From Archangiaceae bacterium (GTDB lineage: Bacteria > Myxococcota > Myxococcia > Myxococcales > Myxococcaceae), in NCBI GenBank assembly GCA_043750125.1, contig JAYVCD010000300.1, positions 1 through 16,235 of the forward strand: a DNA stretch of 16,235 nucleotides, read 5' to 3'. The position numbers and the translations under genes are program-made. Of this stretch, positions 14,233-16,235 are shown in pieces. The notes under the pieces are model-generated. The model saw only the letters and a list, made by a program, of their open reading frames with translations, was not told the DNA's origin and did no database searches. Position 1 is the first letter of the stretch. The number at the start of each line of letters is the position of its first letter.

Positions 14233-16235
14233 ATGCGCGCGTGCCTTCTCTTCGCTCTGCTCGTCCCGTCGCTCGGTCTGGCTGCCATTTACGAAGTTCA
14301 GCTCGACAACGTCGACAGCGAAGACGACGTCATCGACCTCGAGGAATCGGGAGAAATCTCGACCGAGACCGCCGACATCCTCTACGAGATGATCACCAAC
14401 GGGGTGGACCTCAACACCGCCAGCCGGGACCAGCTGTTCGACCTTCCCGGCCTGTCGTACGTCGACGTCGACGAAATTCTCCTCTACCGGAAGAACAAAG
14501 GTCGCATCGAAGACCCGGCTGAGCTCGTCGGGGCCGGCTCGCTGACCGACGCCCAGTTGCTGCTGATTACTCCCTTCATCAAGCTCGAGTCCGGCCCGAC
14601 GAAGTTTCCGGTGACCGGCAAGTTCCGGTTGCGCGCCGGAACTTCGAACGGCGATTTCCTCGTCCCCGGGGGGCCGCTGCCTCCGCCCGCGATGCTCTTC
14701 GGCGGCCTGGGTTTGCCCTGGAATCTGTCCCTCGGATTCGTCGTCAACACCACTCGCCTCGTCCCCGGCTCGCCGCATTACGACGAGCTCCAGCGCGACT
14801 CGACGCGTGGGGCACTGGCCGTCGACCCGTTCGGCTATCGGGCCCAACTGCCCGTTGCCACGCTGCAGTGGAAGTCGGGAAACCGGCGGGTGGTGGTGGG
14901 CTCTTTCACCATCGGCTTTGCCGAGCGCCTGACCTTCGACACTACCCGCCGCAAGACCCCGAGTGGAATCAGCCTCGACTCGGTCTACACCCAGAATCGC
15001 TACCTCGCCTCGTACTGCAAGGAGAGCTCGAGCAGCGGCGCGGACGTCTGTAACAAGGGAACAAACGTGGGGGTCCTCGACGACTGGGGCGTTCGCGCCA
15101 ACCTACGAGGGATCGCGGGCAGCATCGAGGACCTGGAGTTTGGCGACAACCGGAAGATGTCGCTCTACGGGTTTCTCTCGTACCAGACGCGCGATCTCTA
15201 CCAGTACGAAATGTTCGACCGGAATGAATGTGCCGATCCTCGCGACCTGAGCAAAGGGTGTGGCGCACCCCAGGTGTTCGTCGGCAATGACCCCTCGAGC
15301 GACGTGAAGCTGAAGTTCACCACCCTGCCGGGGTTGTTCGAAGAGCTGGCCGGAGGAGGCCACGTCGACTTCAAGCCTTCCGACCGCTACCGCATCGGCT
15401 TCACCGGCTACGGGGCGACGACCTTCTTTCACGGAGCGCCGCTGCGGCTCGAGCCCCAGGAATGGAGCAAGACGCCCTTCGGGGGTCCCTTCGGCGCGGT
15501 GGGCCTAGACCTGCGGGCACAGTACGGGTTGTTCGGGCTCTTCCTCGAAGGCGCGCGCAGCTTCGACTCGATCAAGGCGGGGCAAGACCCGGTCAACCAG
15601 GCGGCCGGAGGGGGCGGCTACGGGGTGGTCCAGCGAACGCTGTTCAGCCCCCGGAATCACGAGTTCGAATTTTCACTGCGCTACTACGACACCAAATTCT
15701 TGAACCCGCTGGCCCGGCCGATCGCCTCGCCCGACGAATTCGAAGGCCAGTCGGCGCGCAACGAAGCGGGAGCGCGGCTCAAATACTTCGGAAAGCTGGG
15801 CTACGACTTCGAGCTGCGGGCCCGCGCAGATGTCTGGATTTCGCCTTTCGCCTCGCGCGCGGGACCTGCGGGGGTCGCCAACTTCTACGGTCTGCTGCGG
15901 GTGGACTACGAAGGCTACCGGTCAATTGCTCCGGCCGTGTGGTTCGACATCCGGAACAAGAACCTCGCCTCGAGCGAGCACGGAACGTGTGCGTCGGGGA
16001 CCATCGTCTACGTCGAAGGCGCCGAGCCGTTCGTCTGCTCAGGCGACAGCTACCGGGTGACCGCCCGGCTCGATGTGCGCCCGCTGGGCCGAAAGCTGGC
16101 CGGCGCGATTCAAGGCTCGTTCGTGATGAAGGACGACCCCAGGTACAAAGATCGCTTCATGCAGGACGTGAACGCTTCGATCGAAGTCCGCGCGCAACCG
16201 ACCGACTTTCTGCTGATCAAGTTGCGAAGCCGGTA
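14233..16235 (+). CDS. Secreted ComEA-like helix-hairpin-helix protein fused to a probable outer-membrane beta-barrel; 3'-truncated by window edge
   Basis: Not in the ORF track because it has no stop in the window. Manual translation from ATG 14233 is open to the end (>667 aa). Signal MRACLLFALLVPSLGLA. HhH domain GVDLNTASRDQLFDLPGLSYVDVDEILLYRKNKGRIEDPAELV...ITPFI (14401-14580). Many amphipathic strands follow (RIGFTGYG, AVGLDLRAQYG, FEFSLRYY, ARLKYFGK, FELRARADVW, GLLRVDYEG). Confidence 0.85.
   Translation, partial: MRACLLFALLVPSLGLAAIYEVQLDNVDSEDDVIDLEESGEISTETADILYEMITNGVDLNTASRDQLFDLPGLSYVDVDEILLYRKNKGRIEDPAELVGAGSLTDAQLLLITPFIKLESGPTKFPVTGKFRLRAGTSNGDFLVPGGPLPPPAMLFGGLGLPWNLSLGFVVNTTRLVPGSPHYDELQRDSTRGALAVDPFGYRAQLPVATLQWKSGNRRVVVGSFTIGFAERLTFDTTRRKTPSGISLDSVYTQNRYLASYCKESSSSGADVCNKGTNVGVLDDWGVRANLRGIAGSIEDLEFGDNRKMSLYGFLSYQTRDLYQYEMFDRNECADPRDLSKGCGAPQVFVGNDPSSDVKLKFTTLPGLFEELAGGGHVDFKPSDRYRIGFTGYGATTFFHGAPLRLEPQEWSKTPFGGPFGAVGLDLRAQYGLFGLFLEGARSFDSIKAGQDPVNQAAGGGGYGVVQRTLFSPRNHEFEFSLRYYDTKFLNPLARPIASPDEFEGQSARNEAGARLKYFGKLGYDFELRARADVWISPFASRAGPAGVANFYGLLRVDYEGYRSIAPAVWFDIRNKNLASSEHGTCASGTIVYVEGAEPFVCSGDSYRVTARLDVRPLGRKLAGAIQGSFVMKDDPRYKDRFMQDVNASIEVRAQPTDFLLIKLRSR

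Noticed and set aside
8177..14288. Long alternative ORFs (8177-9280 +, 8745-9488 + Pro-rich, 10003-11322 +, 10607-11656 -, 11847-12932 +, 13218-14288 -)
   Set aside because: Shadow frames. The poly-Pro ORF is simply the reverse complement of the Gly-rich linker.
14148..16060. Short ORFs listed in the track over the right end of the window
   Set aside because: All overlap the continuous frame starting at ATG 14233, which has a signal peptide, an HhH motif and GC3-rich codons.
14233..16235. Assigning the gene symbol comEA
   Set aside because: Only ~60 aa resemble ComEA. The protein is far larger with a different architecture, so orthology is unsupported.

Overview
GC-rich bacterial DNA, probably myxobacterial (Myxococcota). 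This is inferred from a MYXO-CTERM-like protease tail, DAG/DGG linkers, a DUF1592/DUF1552 pair and a Fis-type sigma-54 activator. From left to right the window holds: (1) the 3' part of a Cys-rich trypsin-like protease; (2) a convergent HEXXH metallopeptidase-like gene, probably starting at ATT; (3) a minus-strand signalling cluster of an OmpR-type regulator, a membrane histidine kinase and a REC-Hpt-pseudoREC-pseudoREC-degenerate GGDEF protein with an intact I-site; (4) a TonB-C-terminal-domain membrane protein; (5) a broken secreted endonuclease/exonuclease/phosphatase (EEP) gene with a deletion, a frameshift and a truncation; (6) a ~6 kb minus-strand block of a Gly-linker lipoprotein, a Tat-exported DUF1552 protein, a CxxCH-containing DUF1592 lipoprotein with a sigma-54 promoter and candidate UAS, and a sigma-54 activator with no input domain; (7) a >667 aa secreted helix-hairpin-helix plus probable beta-barrel protein that is absent from the ORF track and runs off the window. 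No RNA genes, CRISPR arrays or transposases were seen. All family assignments come from motif recognition by eye, not from database searches.
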